NCBI GenBank assembly: GCA_963621975.1
Contig: CAVFGI010000004.1
Location: 16,357 to 80,356 of the forward strand
Direction: 5' to 3'
DNA: 64,000 bases
Source: Selenomonadaceae bacterium
Lineage (GTDB): Bacteria > Spirochaetota > Spirochaetia > Sphaerochaetales > Sphaerochaetaceae
The translations under genes were made by a program, and so were the position numbers. The notes under the pieces are model-generated. The model worked only from the letters and a program-made list of their open reading frames with translations. It ran no database searches and was not told where the DNA came from. This document shows positions 27,864 to 35,543 of this stretch, piece after piece (position 1 is the first letter of the stretch; the number at the start of each line of letters is the position of its first letter).

Positions 27864-30159
27864 CAATAAGATAAAGTTCTGTTGAAAAATCTGGTAAAAT
27901 TCTTGTTAAACAAATATCTCCGTTTCCTGCAAAACGTTGATTTAATAAGATCCCAGAATAGGCAAGCTGGCCACCCGGAACTGTGACTTTATATTCATTT
28001 GTATATTGTCCATCCTCAAACAAATTAGACTTCTTTTCATCAAGCCTAGATTTATCAATCAGTTGCGGTCTTCTGCATAAACTATAATATGTGCATGAAA
28101 CATCCTCATTGGATATTTTATCAATTGGAATAATTAATCTATTATCATTTGGTTGGCTTGGAAGACTATGCATAAAGCCCTTCATAAAAACAGTCTTTTT
28201 GCCATCTGTCACAACCCAAGACAGCTCTCCCATTCCTTCGTTATAGTCTGATATTCTTGAAAACTTCCCAAACTGGAACAATTTTCTGTTTTCTTTGTAG
28301 AATTTAACTTGTTTCTTGATTGCATCCAATTCATGCTTTTTTAGTTTTGTTAAGTCCAATTCATATCCAAAAGCTCCAAAGGCAGCAACATTAAATCTAT
28401 CATCAATTGAACTTATGCGCATTGTTTGTTTATTTGGAGAAGCAGATACATGGGCTCCAATGGAAGATATAGGATAGAATAAACTAGTTCCATCTTGAAT
28501 ATACTGACGCATAAAAACATCGGTATCATCGCTTGCCCAAATTTGAGGAGTATAACATAAAGCACCAAGATCAAACCTATTACCTCCAGCAGAACAGCCC
28601 TCAAAAAGAATCTTTGGATATTTATCTACTAGAGAGCCTAAAACCTTGTAAAACCCCATCACATATCTATGGAAAAATTCTCCCATATAATACTGGTTAG
28701 GACCTTGGGTATTAGGATCAGAAATGAACCTATTGAAGTCCCATTTTACGTAGTCGGCCTTAGAATCTTCAATAATATTTGAAATACAGGCTATCATATA
28801 ATCTGTAACATCTTCTCTGGTCCAGTCTAAGACGTACTGATTTCTTCCTACTCCAGGCTCTCTATTTGGAATTGAAATTCTCCAGTCTGGATGAGAGGCA
28901 AAGAGGTCACTATCTTCACTTATCATCTCCGGTTCAACCCAAATTCCAAACATCATTCCCTTTTTGTGAATATTCTTTGAAAGACCAGATAATCCATTTG
29001 GAAGTTTATTTTTATTTACAGTCCAGTCTCCTAATGAAGTAGTATCATTATTGCGTTTTCCAAACCATCCATCATCAAGAACAAGGAGTTCTATTCCAAG
29101 GTCCTTTGCACAATCTGCTAATTCAAGAATTCGTTTCTCATCAAACTCAAAACCGGTTGCTTCCCAGTTGTTGATAAGTATTGGCCTTTCCTTCTGTGCC
29201 CAGTAGCCCCTGCAAATATGATTTTGGATGAATTGATGCATTTGCTGGCTCATGCCATTTAAACCTTCGTGAGAATAAGTCATAACCGCTTGAGGTGTTG
29301 AGAATTTATTTCCTGCTTCAAGTTTCCAAGTAAATGTTTGTGGATTAATGCCAGTTAAAACTCTTACTCTTCCAAAATTACTTACTTCAACCGATTCCTG
29401 ATGATTTCCAGAGTAAATCAAGTTAAATCCATAAACATCACCAGTAAAGTTTGTAGCTCTTGGGCTTTTCAAAGCAATTGCAGGATTGTGCATAGCGCTA
29501 CTGGCACCATTTTTACTATCATTGATATGAATTCCCTGTCTAAGATGAGCCTCTTGTATAAAACGTTCTCTACTCCACGCACCATCAAGGGTAATTAGAT
29601 TCCAGTTTGGACTTGGAATATCCAACTGAAGTGAAGCCAAAGAATGAATATAGATTGAATTGGATCCATTATTCTCAACTGTTGTAAACCTAACAATGAC
29701 ATCACATGTGTTACTCACTACATAGTAAAGCTTTACAGTTAAAGGAAGTAATTTTTCTTTTAAAGTAACAATAAGCGTCTCAAAATCATCTCCGTAAGCA
29801 CAAGGAAGACCTTCAATAACTGGAGCACCTTTTTTGATTTCATATAAATCATAGACAAAGTCTAAAACAAAATGACCATTATCATACGAGGCCTTCATTG
29901 CTGGAATTCTGTAATCGCCGCGACCTTCAGTTGAAAACTCTGTCATGAGATTCTCTAAGAAAAGTAGCTTGTGCTCTTTATTATATGCCACAGCATCTGC
30001 GAATTTAACTTCCTGATGATTTGAGAGCAAATCAACATTAAAGAAATCTAACCGTTTCCCATAATGCAAATGCTCAAGAATATTACATTCACCAACTTTG
30101 AAAATGTATGATGTTTTTGGTGTCGCTAAGTGAAAGACTCCGTCTTTTACTTTAATCAT
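27853..30159 (-). CDS. alpha-galactosidase, glycoside hydrolase family 36
   Basis: 768 aa. YVKWDFNR, LFEGCSAGGNRFD and LVLDDGWF segments match GH36 (AgaA/RafA-type) catalytic-domain motifs. Confidence 0.9.
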   Translation of the reverse strand: MIKVKDGVFHLATPKTSYIFKVGECNILEHLHYGKRLDFFNVDLLSNHQEVKFADAVAYNKEHKLLFLENLMTEFSTEGRGDYRIPAMKASYDNGHFVLDFVYDLYEIKKGAPVIEGLPCAYGDDFETLIVTLKEKLLPLTVKLYYVVSNTCDVIVRFTTVENNGSNSIYIHSLASLQLDIPSPNWNLITLDGAWSRERFIQEAHLRQGIHINDSKNGASSAMHNPAIALKSPRATNFTGDVYGFNLIYSGNHQESVEVSNFGRVRVLTGINPQTFTWKLEAGNKFSTPQAVMTYSHEGLNGMSQQMHQFIQNHICRGYWAQKERPILINNWEATGFEFDEKRILELADCAKDLGIELLVLDDGWFGKRNNDTTSLGDWTVNKNKLPNGLSGLSKNIHKKGMMFGIWVEPEMISEDSDLFASHPDWRISIPNREPGVGRNQYVLDWTREDVTDYMIACISNIIEDSKADYVKWDFNRFISDPNTQGPNQYYMGEFFHRYVMGFYKVLGSLVDKYPKILFEGCSAGGNRFDLGALCYTPQIWASDDTDVFMRQYIQDGTSLFYPISSIGAHVSASPNKQTMRISSIDDRFNVAAFGAFGYELDLTKLKKHELDAIKKQVKFYKENRKLFQFGKFSRISDYNEGMGELSWVVTDGKKTVFMKGFMHSLPSQPNDNRLIIPIDKISNEDVSCTYYSLCRRPQLIDKSRLDEKKSNLFEDGQYTNEYKVTVPGGQLAYSGILLNQRFAGNGDICLTRILPDFSTELYLIERL

Positions 30160-30218
30160 GATTATTCTCCGGCGATTGTGAGAGTTTAGAGATTACTGCA
30201 AAGAGCTCTATGCTCTAA

Positions 30219-30247
30219 TTTTAAACATCTTGTAAATATGTTGTCAA
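30219..30247 (-). promoter_or_regulatory. promoter of GH36 gene (- strand GAATAAAATTGACA-N17-TTAAAA)
   Basis: TTGACA is + strand 30242-30247. Same GAATAAAA upstream extension as the other two promoters. Confidence 0.45.
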
Positions 30248-30254
30248 TTTTATT

Positions 30255-30274
30255 CAAACTCGCTCAATAATCTT
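30255..30274 (-). promoter_or_regulatory. ATGAGCGA box copy 4 (- strand AAGATTATTGAGCGAGTTTG)
   Basis: 7 nt upstream of the -35 and 95 nt upstream of the GH36 ATG. Confidence 0.55.
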
Positions 30275-30330
30275 GCTTGTTTCTCTTTTGTTGTCTAAAA
30301 TCCTCATCAAAGGAAATAAGGAGGCCTTCT

Positions 30331-31473
30331 ATGATTACAGAAGAAATGAAATCCTATATTGAAGATTCCCATGAACTAGCAAAACAACTTGTTCGTGAAC
30401 TATGTGAAATTCCAGCCCCATCTGGACTTGAAGATAAGCGCGATGAATATATGATGGCTTGGTTTACGTCTAATGGTGGAAAAAATGTAGTCACAGACAA
30501 AGCAAAGAACGTCATTTGCTCTTATAATGTAAAGGACGAAACTTCACCTCTAATTGTAATTATGGCACACTTGGATACTGTTTTTCCTGATTTAGAACCA
30601 ATGCCGTTTACAGAAAAAGATGGTAAATTCTTTTCTCCTGGAGTTACTGATGACACAGGGAATTTGGCTTCAATGGCTATTGCAGCACGTTATATAATGC
30701 AAAACAATATTCCTACAAAATACGGAATCCTCTTTGTTGCAAACGCCTGTGAGGAAGGTCTTGGAAACTTGAAAGGTAGCCGCGAGATTATTAACACTTA
30801 TGGAAATAGAATTAAACACTTCATTACAGTAGATGGGACCTGTTTTGACAAGATTGTCACTGAAGGAGTTGGATCTCATAGATACAAAGTAACTGTCAAG
30901 ACAGAAGGGGGACATTCTTTTGTTAATTTTGGCAACAGGAATGCAATTTCATGTCTTTCAAGTATTATAACAACACTTTATGACGTAAGAGTTCCTGTTG
31001 AAGGCAATAGCAAAACCACCTACAACGTTGGAATTATTCAGGGTGGAACATCAGTAAACACTATTGCTCAAGAAGTAAGCATGCTTTACGAATATAGATC
31101 CTCAAACGCTATATGCCTTGAGAAGATGAAAACTATGTTCAACGCTGTTATTGAAGCCTACAGAGCTATGGGCCTTGAGATTGAAGTTGAAAAGATTGGA
31201 GATAGACCCGTAGGGATAGAGCCAGAAACCAAAGAAGCAGAAGAATTAGTAAGAATAATTACCTGCTCAGTTAAAGAAATTACTGGAAGAGATCCTTTCT
31301 TTGTCCCAAGCTCAACAGATGCCAACATTCCACTATCAAAAGGCATTCCTGCAATTTGTATAACAGGAGCAGAAGGCGGGGGTTGTCACACAAGAGAAGA
31401 GTGGCTTGATGTTGCTAGCATGAAGACTGGTGTAGCACTAATCCTTGACTTTTTAAGTAATTATTTTGTCTAA
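30331..31473 (+). CDS. M20/M25/M40-family metallopeptidase (PepT/ArgE/DapE-like)
   Basis: Track ORF starts at TTG 30277. ATG 30331 follows AAGGAGG. AHLDTVF, GVTDDTGN and NACEEGLGNLKGS are typical M20 metal-ligand segments. Confidence 0.72.
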   Translation: MITEEMKSYIEDSHELAKQLVRELCEIPAPSGLEDKRDEYMMAWFTSNGGKNVVTDKAKNVICSYNVKDETSPLIVIMAHLDTVFPDLEPMPFTEKDGKFFSPGVTDDTGNLASMAIAARYIMQNNIPTKYGILFVANACEEGLGNLKGSREIINTYGNRIKHFITVDGTCFDKIVTEGVGSHRYKVTVKTEGGHSFVNFGNRNAISCLSSIITTLYDVRVPVEGNSKTTYNVGIIQGGTSVNTIAQEVSMLYEYRSSNAICLEKMKTMFNAVIEAYRAMGLEIEVEKIGDRPVGIEPETKEAEELVRIITCSVKEITGRDPFFVPSSTDANIPLSKGIPAICITGAEGGGCHTREEWLDVASMKTGVALILDFLSNYFV

Positions 31474-31506
31474 AGTCTCACTTAAAGGCTATGTTTCCAA
31501 GGTAGA

Positions 31507-31519
31507 GAGGTTTTTGCAA
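31507..31519. repeat. half copy of the palindrome family (GAGGTTTTTGCAA)
   Basis: Read directly, 34 nt after the M20 stop codon. Confidence 0.45.
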
Positions 31520-31528
31520 TTTTCTAAC

Positions 31529-31609
31529 TTTCCCTGAAAATAACTGGGTTTGAACTTTTTCAGGGAAAAATTCCCTGAAAATTACCCAATTTTAACTTTT
31601 TCAGGGAAC
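31529..31609. repeat. two tandem 40-nt palindromic units (TTCCCTGAAAA-N15/16-TTTTCAGGGAA)
   Basis: Hairpin 1 arms are 31531-31540 / 31557-31566. Hairpin 2 arms are 31571-31581 / 31598-31608. Arms are identical between units, loops differ. Confidence 0.8.
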
Positions 31610-31617
31610 TCTCATAG

Positions 31618-31682
31618 AAAAAAAGGGTGAGACAGTGCAATATGCACCGCTCACCCTAAAGTGACATCGTAGCTCGCCCAAA
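31618..31682 (-). ncRNA. module C: conserved 26-nt box + extended hairpin + T7 (- strand); candidate 3'UTR-derived sRNA or terminator module
   Basis: The - strand reads TTTGGGCGAGCTACGATGTCACTTTA-GGGTGAGCGGTGCATATTGCACTGTCTCACCC-TTTTTTT. Confidence 0.45.
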
Positions 31683-31699
31683 TTTTGGGATGAGATACT

Positions 31700-31767
31700 A
31701 GAAACAAAGCATGGGACAGTGTTCTAGTACACGGCCCATGCTAAAGTGACAACGTAGATCGCCCAAA
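31700..31767 (-). ncRNA. module D: second copy of the box + covarying hairpin + T-rich tail, starting 5 nt after the pmbA stop
   Basis: The - strand reads TTTGGGCGATCTACGTTGTCACTTTA-GCATGGGCCGTGTACTAGAACACTGTCCCATGC-TTTGTTTCT. The box is 24/26 identical to module C. The stems differ but stay paired. Confidence 0.45.
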
Positions 31768-31772
31768 GAATG

Positions 31773-33071
31773 CTATTTGCCGGAAATGACTATGTTGTTG
31801 ACGGCTACATACGGCATCACCATACTTCCATCAGCGACAGTTTCTTTTGAGATAGCCTTTACGTTTTGGATCATTGCGCCAAGGTTGCCGTTAATCATTG
31901 TCTCACTGACAGCACCTTTAATTTGTCCGTTTTCAATTAAGTAGCTGTTCTTTGCAACACCAGAGAATTCACCATTTGTACCAGGTTCTCCTCCAGAGAA
32001 ACCACCAACCAAAAGTCCATGGTCAATGGACTTGAGAATATCGGAATATGGGAGGGAGCCGTTGGCCATTACAAAGTCGCTACTGGTGTTCTTTAAGACA
32101 GGACGTCCCGTTTTGTTGGCAATGTAGAGGTTAAGAATGAAGTTCTGCAATACGCCATCTTTAATGATGTAAACATCTTGAGTCTTAAAGCCATCGGAGG
32201 TGTAGCTTTCGCCATCTACAATACGAGCATCTGAGGAGTTAAGGGCAATTGAAATGCTCTTGTCTGCAACCTGCTGGCCAATCTTGTCAATCCAAAGACT
32301 TGTACCATCAAGAATTACTGCGCCGTCTGCATAGTTACCAAGAGTGTACATCAAGAATTGAGCAAAACAGTCTGGAGTAAAGAGAACGGTGCCCTCAAAT
32401 TTACCACTGAATGGAATTTGATTAAGTTGGTTTGTTGCATTCTCAAGGTGTGCTTTGAAACTTGAAAGTTCAATAAACGGCGTATCTAGATTATCTGTAG
32501 AGACTTCTGCATAATCTAGGCTTGTTGATTTTTCCCCATCATTTCCAGAGAACTCTAAGGTTACTGAATAGTAACCTCCAAACTTTTCAAAATCCGTTCC
32601 ATTGGAATTAAGGTAAAGATTGTGCCTTTTTGTGTGAGAAGCATAGACATTGAGAATTTTTACCTTTGGATATTGAGACTTAACATCTGAAAGCAATTCT
32701 TCAACACGAGAGAAGAACTTGTCAATGTTGGGTTCATAACAGCCAGAATGGAAAATTTCCTTTGGTTGTTGTGGTGCAATATCATGGGCTGGGTCTGCAA
32801 CGGCAGATTGAGCAGAAAGAACTGCATCATTGACTGTAGACTGTAACGCTTCATCAGAGAAATCGTTTCCTGCCTTGGTTCCTTTCTTGCTGTCTATATA
32901 GACATCTACTACAACGTTGTTTCCAAACACTGTTCTATAAAGAGTAAATACTCCAAGATCTGCATTAAATTCGCGAGTTTCGCTTTCAGAGAGAGCAAAA
33001 TCGTACTTTTCTACGTTTGCAGATTTGAGAAGATTCTCAACATAAGTTGCTGTAGTTCTAATATCTTTCAT
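31773..33071 (-). CDS. pmbA: TldD/PmbA-family protein (PmbA/TldE-like partner subunit)
   Basis: Preferred start is ATG 33071 (MKDIRTT...) after AAGGAGG. Family-typical GGFSGG and C-terminal glycine-rich segments. No HExxxH, as expected for the PmbA partner. Confidence 0.8.
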   Translation of the reverse strand: MKDIRTTATYVENLLKSANVEKYDFALSESETREFNADLGVFTLYRTVFGNNVVVDVYIDSKKGTKAGNDFSDEALQSTVNDAVLSAQSAVADPAHDIAPQQPKEIFHSGCYEPNIDKFFSRVEELLSDVKSQYPKVKILNVYASHTKRHNLYLNSNGTDFEKFGGYYSVTLEFSGNDGEKSTSLDYAEVSTDNLDTPFIELSSFKAHLENATNQLNQIPFSGKFEGTVLFTPDCFAQFLMYTLGNYADGAVILDGTSLWIDKIGQQVADKSISIALNSSDARIVDGESYTSDGFKTQDVYIIKDGVLQNFILNLYIANKTGRPVLKNTSSDFVMANGSLPYSDILKSIDHGLLVGGFSGGEPGTNGEFSGVAKNSYLIENGQIKGAVSETMINGNLGAMIQNVKAISKETVADGSMVMPYVAVNNIVISGK

Positions 33072-33081
33072 ATTGCCCTCC

Positions 33082-34467
33082 TTATCTTCCACCAATCATG
33101 ATTTTACATCTGAGTTCCGGACCACCCATACCAACTGGCATTCTTTGTTTCTTGCCACAGAAGCCACTTGAAGACCATGTGATGTTGTCAGAGACCATAT
33201 CAACAGTTTTGAGCATATCAAAAGCAATTCCGGTGACGGTAGTATCTAAGATGGCCCTTCCAAGTTTGCCATTCTTAATTTCATAACCCATGTTAATTCC
33301 AAACATGAATTCGCCTGTGAGATCTGCTTGGCCATTGCCAGTAGAAATAAGATAGTAACCATCGTCAACAGAAGCAATGATGTCTTCCAGTTTATCTTTA
33401 CCTGGGAGAACTGTTGTATTTCTCATTCTAATCAGAGGTTCATCACTGAAAGCCCACGCCCTTGCATTTCCTTGTGGAACTACACCAAAGTGATCTGCAG
33501 TTTCTCTATTGTTCATATAGCCTTTAAGGAAACCATTTTCAATGAGGACAGCGTCTTCTGCCTTGGTTCCTTCGTCATCCATATAAACTGGAAGTGGCGC
33601 TTGTCCACCAAGAGCTGTATGAGCAAAGTCCACCATAGTTACAAGGTCAGATGCAACTCTTTGATTAAGAGTTTTACTTGCAATTGAACCACCCAAAACA
33701 AGGTCTGCTTCTACTGTATGGCCTACAGCTTCATGAGCCAACATGCCTGCAAGCTCGGCTCCTAATACAACTGTTTTATAGCCTGCTTTTGCATAAACAC
33801 CCTCTTTTTTATCCATAAGGTTCTTATATAGGGCATCAATTCCTGGCTGCATCCATTTTGTATCTGAGAAGTGATCTTCAAAACTGCCATATCCGCCAAA
33901 GGCTTTAAAGAGCTCAATTGGAACTCCATCTTTTGTTACAGAATCAAGAATTACATAGATGTAACAGCGTGGATTTGTAACATGTCCATCGTGGGCATCT
34001 GATGTGTAAATAACCTTATCCATTGAGTCTTCTGAATAGCTAATTGTTCTACTTGTTAGATCTGGATATGTCTTTGCTACATAGTCATCAACCTGCTTAC
34101 AAGCCTCAATTATTCTCTTTTGTTCAAAATCAAGAATTTCTTTTCCTGTTGGAATACTTCCTTGACCATACATCTTTGCCATTGGCATTGACTTTGGAGC
34201 ATGAGTATTCAAGAAAAGAGCATTTTCTGTTGCGGCTGCAAGAACTGCATCAGCAGCTTCACTAGAATAATCTGCCATAGAAGAAAAACCATAAACTCCA
34301 TTTTTGCAAACACGAGCATTGATTCCTCTAGATTCTGCCCTAATATTCCTTACAAGATTTCCTTGTAAAAAAGTTACAGCTCTGGCCCTGTTCTCCTGTC
34401 CTCTTAGGACTGTTTGAACACCATCTGCAAACAGGGCTTTTTTGCTTTTTAAAATATCGTTAAGCAT
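33082..34467 (-). CDS. tldD: metalloprotease TldD
   Basis: 461 aa with the HExxxH motif (LAHEAVGHTVEAD) and a TldD-like C-terminal GGxGG region. Overlaps or abuts the pmbA-like gene. Confidence 0.85.
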   Translation of the reverse strand: MLNDILKSKKALFADGVQTVLRGQENRARAVTFLQGNLVRNIRAESRGINARVCKNGVYGFSSMADYSSEAADAVLAAATENALFLNTHAPKSMPMAKMYGQGSIPTGKEILDFEQKRIIEACKQVDDYVAKTYPDLTSRTISYSEDSMDKVIYTSDAHDGHVTNPRCYIYVILDSVTKDGVPIELFKAFGGYGSFEDHFSDTKWMQPGIDALYKNLMDKKEGVYAKAGYKTVVLGAELAGMLAHEAVGHTVEADLVLGGSIASKTLNQRVASDLVTMVDFAHTALGGQAPLPVYMDDEGTKAEDAVLIENGFLKGYMNNRETADHFGVVPQGNARAWAFSDEPLIRMRNTTVLPGKDKLEDIIASVDDGYYLISTGNGQADLTGEFMFGINMGYEIKNGKLGRAILDTTVTGIAFDMLKTVDMVSDNITWSSSGFCGKKQRMPVGMGGPELRCKIMIGGR

Positions 34468-34502
34468 TGCTGCCTCCTACCTTTGGATACCTTCCATTGG
34501 AT

Positions 34503-34554
34503 AATATAATCTCATGGGCTTCACTTGACAAGCGAGCACTATTTTGTTTAGCAT
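34503..34554. promoter_or_regulatory. back-to-back promoters sharing a palindromic -35 (CTTGACAAG): tldD (- : TTGTCA-N17-TATATT) and tRNA-Ala (+ : TTGACA-N17/18-TTAGCA/TAGCAT)
   Basis: TTGACA is at 34525-34530 on + and TTGTCA is + strand 34526-34531 read on -. The - strand -10 is 34503-34508 and the + strand -10 is 34548-34554. Confidence 0.4.
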
Positions 34555-34566
34555 AACCTACGATTT

Positions 34567-34640
34567 GGGGCTGTAGCTCACCTGGCTAGAGCGATTGAAT
34601 GGCATTCAATAGGTAGTCGGTTCGATCCCGATCAGCTCCA
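34567..34640 (+). tRNA. tRNA-Ala (anticodon GGC)
   Basis: Hand-folded cloverleaf. Acceptor GGGGCTG/CAGCTCC with the G3:U70 alanine identity pair; D arm GCTC/GAGC; anticodon stem ATTGA/TCAAT with loop ATGGCAT (GGC); T arm GTCGG-TTCGATC-CCGAT; discriminator A. CCA is not encoded. Confidence 0.95.
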
Positions 34641-34646
34641 AATATT

Positions 34647-35543
34647 TCATTTTCTACTGAGTTTTTCTTTCAGATATTGCCACCAGCGCTTCAGCTTTCC
34701 TTTTTCCTGTGTTTTTTTCATTTCTTTTGCAGCCGTATCCTCTGTGATTTTGGCATCTTTTCTCTTCATTTCATCCCATTTACGAACTAGCCACATATAG
34801 ATATCGGCCTCTGTACACCCCGGGTAGAGAGATTGCAAATGCTCGTGGTCCACGGCCTCCACAATTGGGGTGTAGACATTCTTGTACCAGCTGACTGCAC
34901 CCTCCTCAAAAGTAAGCTCGTGGTCAAGATGTTCGTTGGCATAGTATTTGTGCACGAGAATGTGGTTGACCATCTCTGGATATGAGCCGGCCGAGGTAAA
35001 GACTATCTTGTCCATGGGCAGATAAGTTGGATTGTATTGCTCTATAAATTTGGAGCGCTCATAGGCAACCACACGCTTTTTGAGCTCGTTCAGCGTCATG
35101 CCCTCCTCAAGCGGAATCTTAGAAGACAGCTCCACCACCTCAGCATCAATAAACTCCTGCCCCCTACTTCGTGCCACAGACACCCTGTGATTTCCATCTC
35201 TCACAAAGTACCAATCGCCCAGTTTGTATACCGATATTGGTGGCAAAACCACATCATCCAAGTGTGCTGCATCTATACTTTCCCACCGGTGTTTAAGTAT
35301 GTGTGATTTTGGATAAAAGGCCGATGAAAAATCTTGATATCTATTTTCAGAACCAATAATCTTTTTTACTGGAATGGTTTGCATTCCTTTGTAGAATTGA
35401 GCTTCTGGTTTGATGAGTTTTGTGACCTCATAAAAAGATAAAAGATTTGGATTTTTCCATTTAAGAGTAGCAAATACTTTCTGAATTTTAGCCCTTCGGC
35501 AAGCTGCGTCAAAATCCCCTGTGACTGTTAACTTGTCTGCCAT
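34647..35543 (-). CDS. hypothetical protein with a ParB/sulfiredoxin-like (DGNHR) domain
   Basis: 298 aa. ISVYKLGDWYFVRDGNHRVSVARSRG matches the ParB N-terminal-domain core (xDGxHR). Lys-rich C-terminal tail. Start overlaps the upstream stop by 1 nt (TGATG). Confidence 0.5.
   Translation of the reverse strand: MADKLTVTGDFDAACRRAKIQKVFATLKWKNPNLLSFYEVTKLIKPEAQFYKGMQTIPVKKIIGSENRYQDFSSAFYPKSHILKHRWESIDAAHLDDVVLPPISVYKLGDWYFVRDGNHRVSVARSRGQEFIDAEVVELSSKIPLEEGMTLNELKKRVVAYERSKFIEQYNPTYLPMDKIVFTSAGSYPEMVNHILVHKYYANEHLDHELTFEEGAVSWYKNVYTPIVEAVDHEHLQSLYPGCTEADIYMWLVRKWDEMKRKDAKITEDTAAKEMKKTQEKGKLKRWWQYLKEKLSRK

Noticed and set aside
31569-31583. AATTCCCTGAAAATT resembles the CodY box AATTTTCWGAAAATT (13/15)
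   Set aside because: CodY is a Firmicutes regulator and this genome looks spirochaetal. The match is part of a longer palindromic repeat that explains it better.
31698-31739. 13-codon - strand ORF (MGRVLEHCPMLCF) next to tldD/pmbA as a possible RiPP/microcin precursor
   Set aside because: It has no RBS. It lies entirely within the module D hairpin, and no equivalent ORF exists in module C, so it is most likely fortuitous.
31529-31767. Possible CRISPR array, given repeated hairpin-forming units
   Set aside because: Only two copies of each unit exist. The unit lengths and spacers do not fit a repeat-spacer periodicity. No cas genes are in the window.
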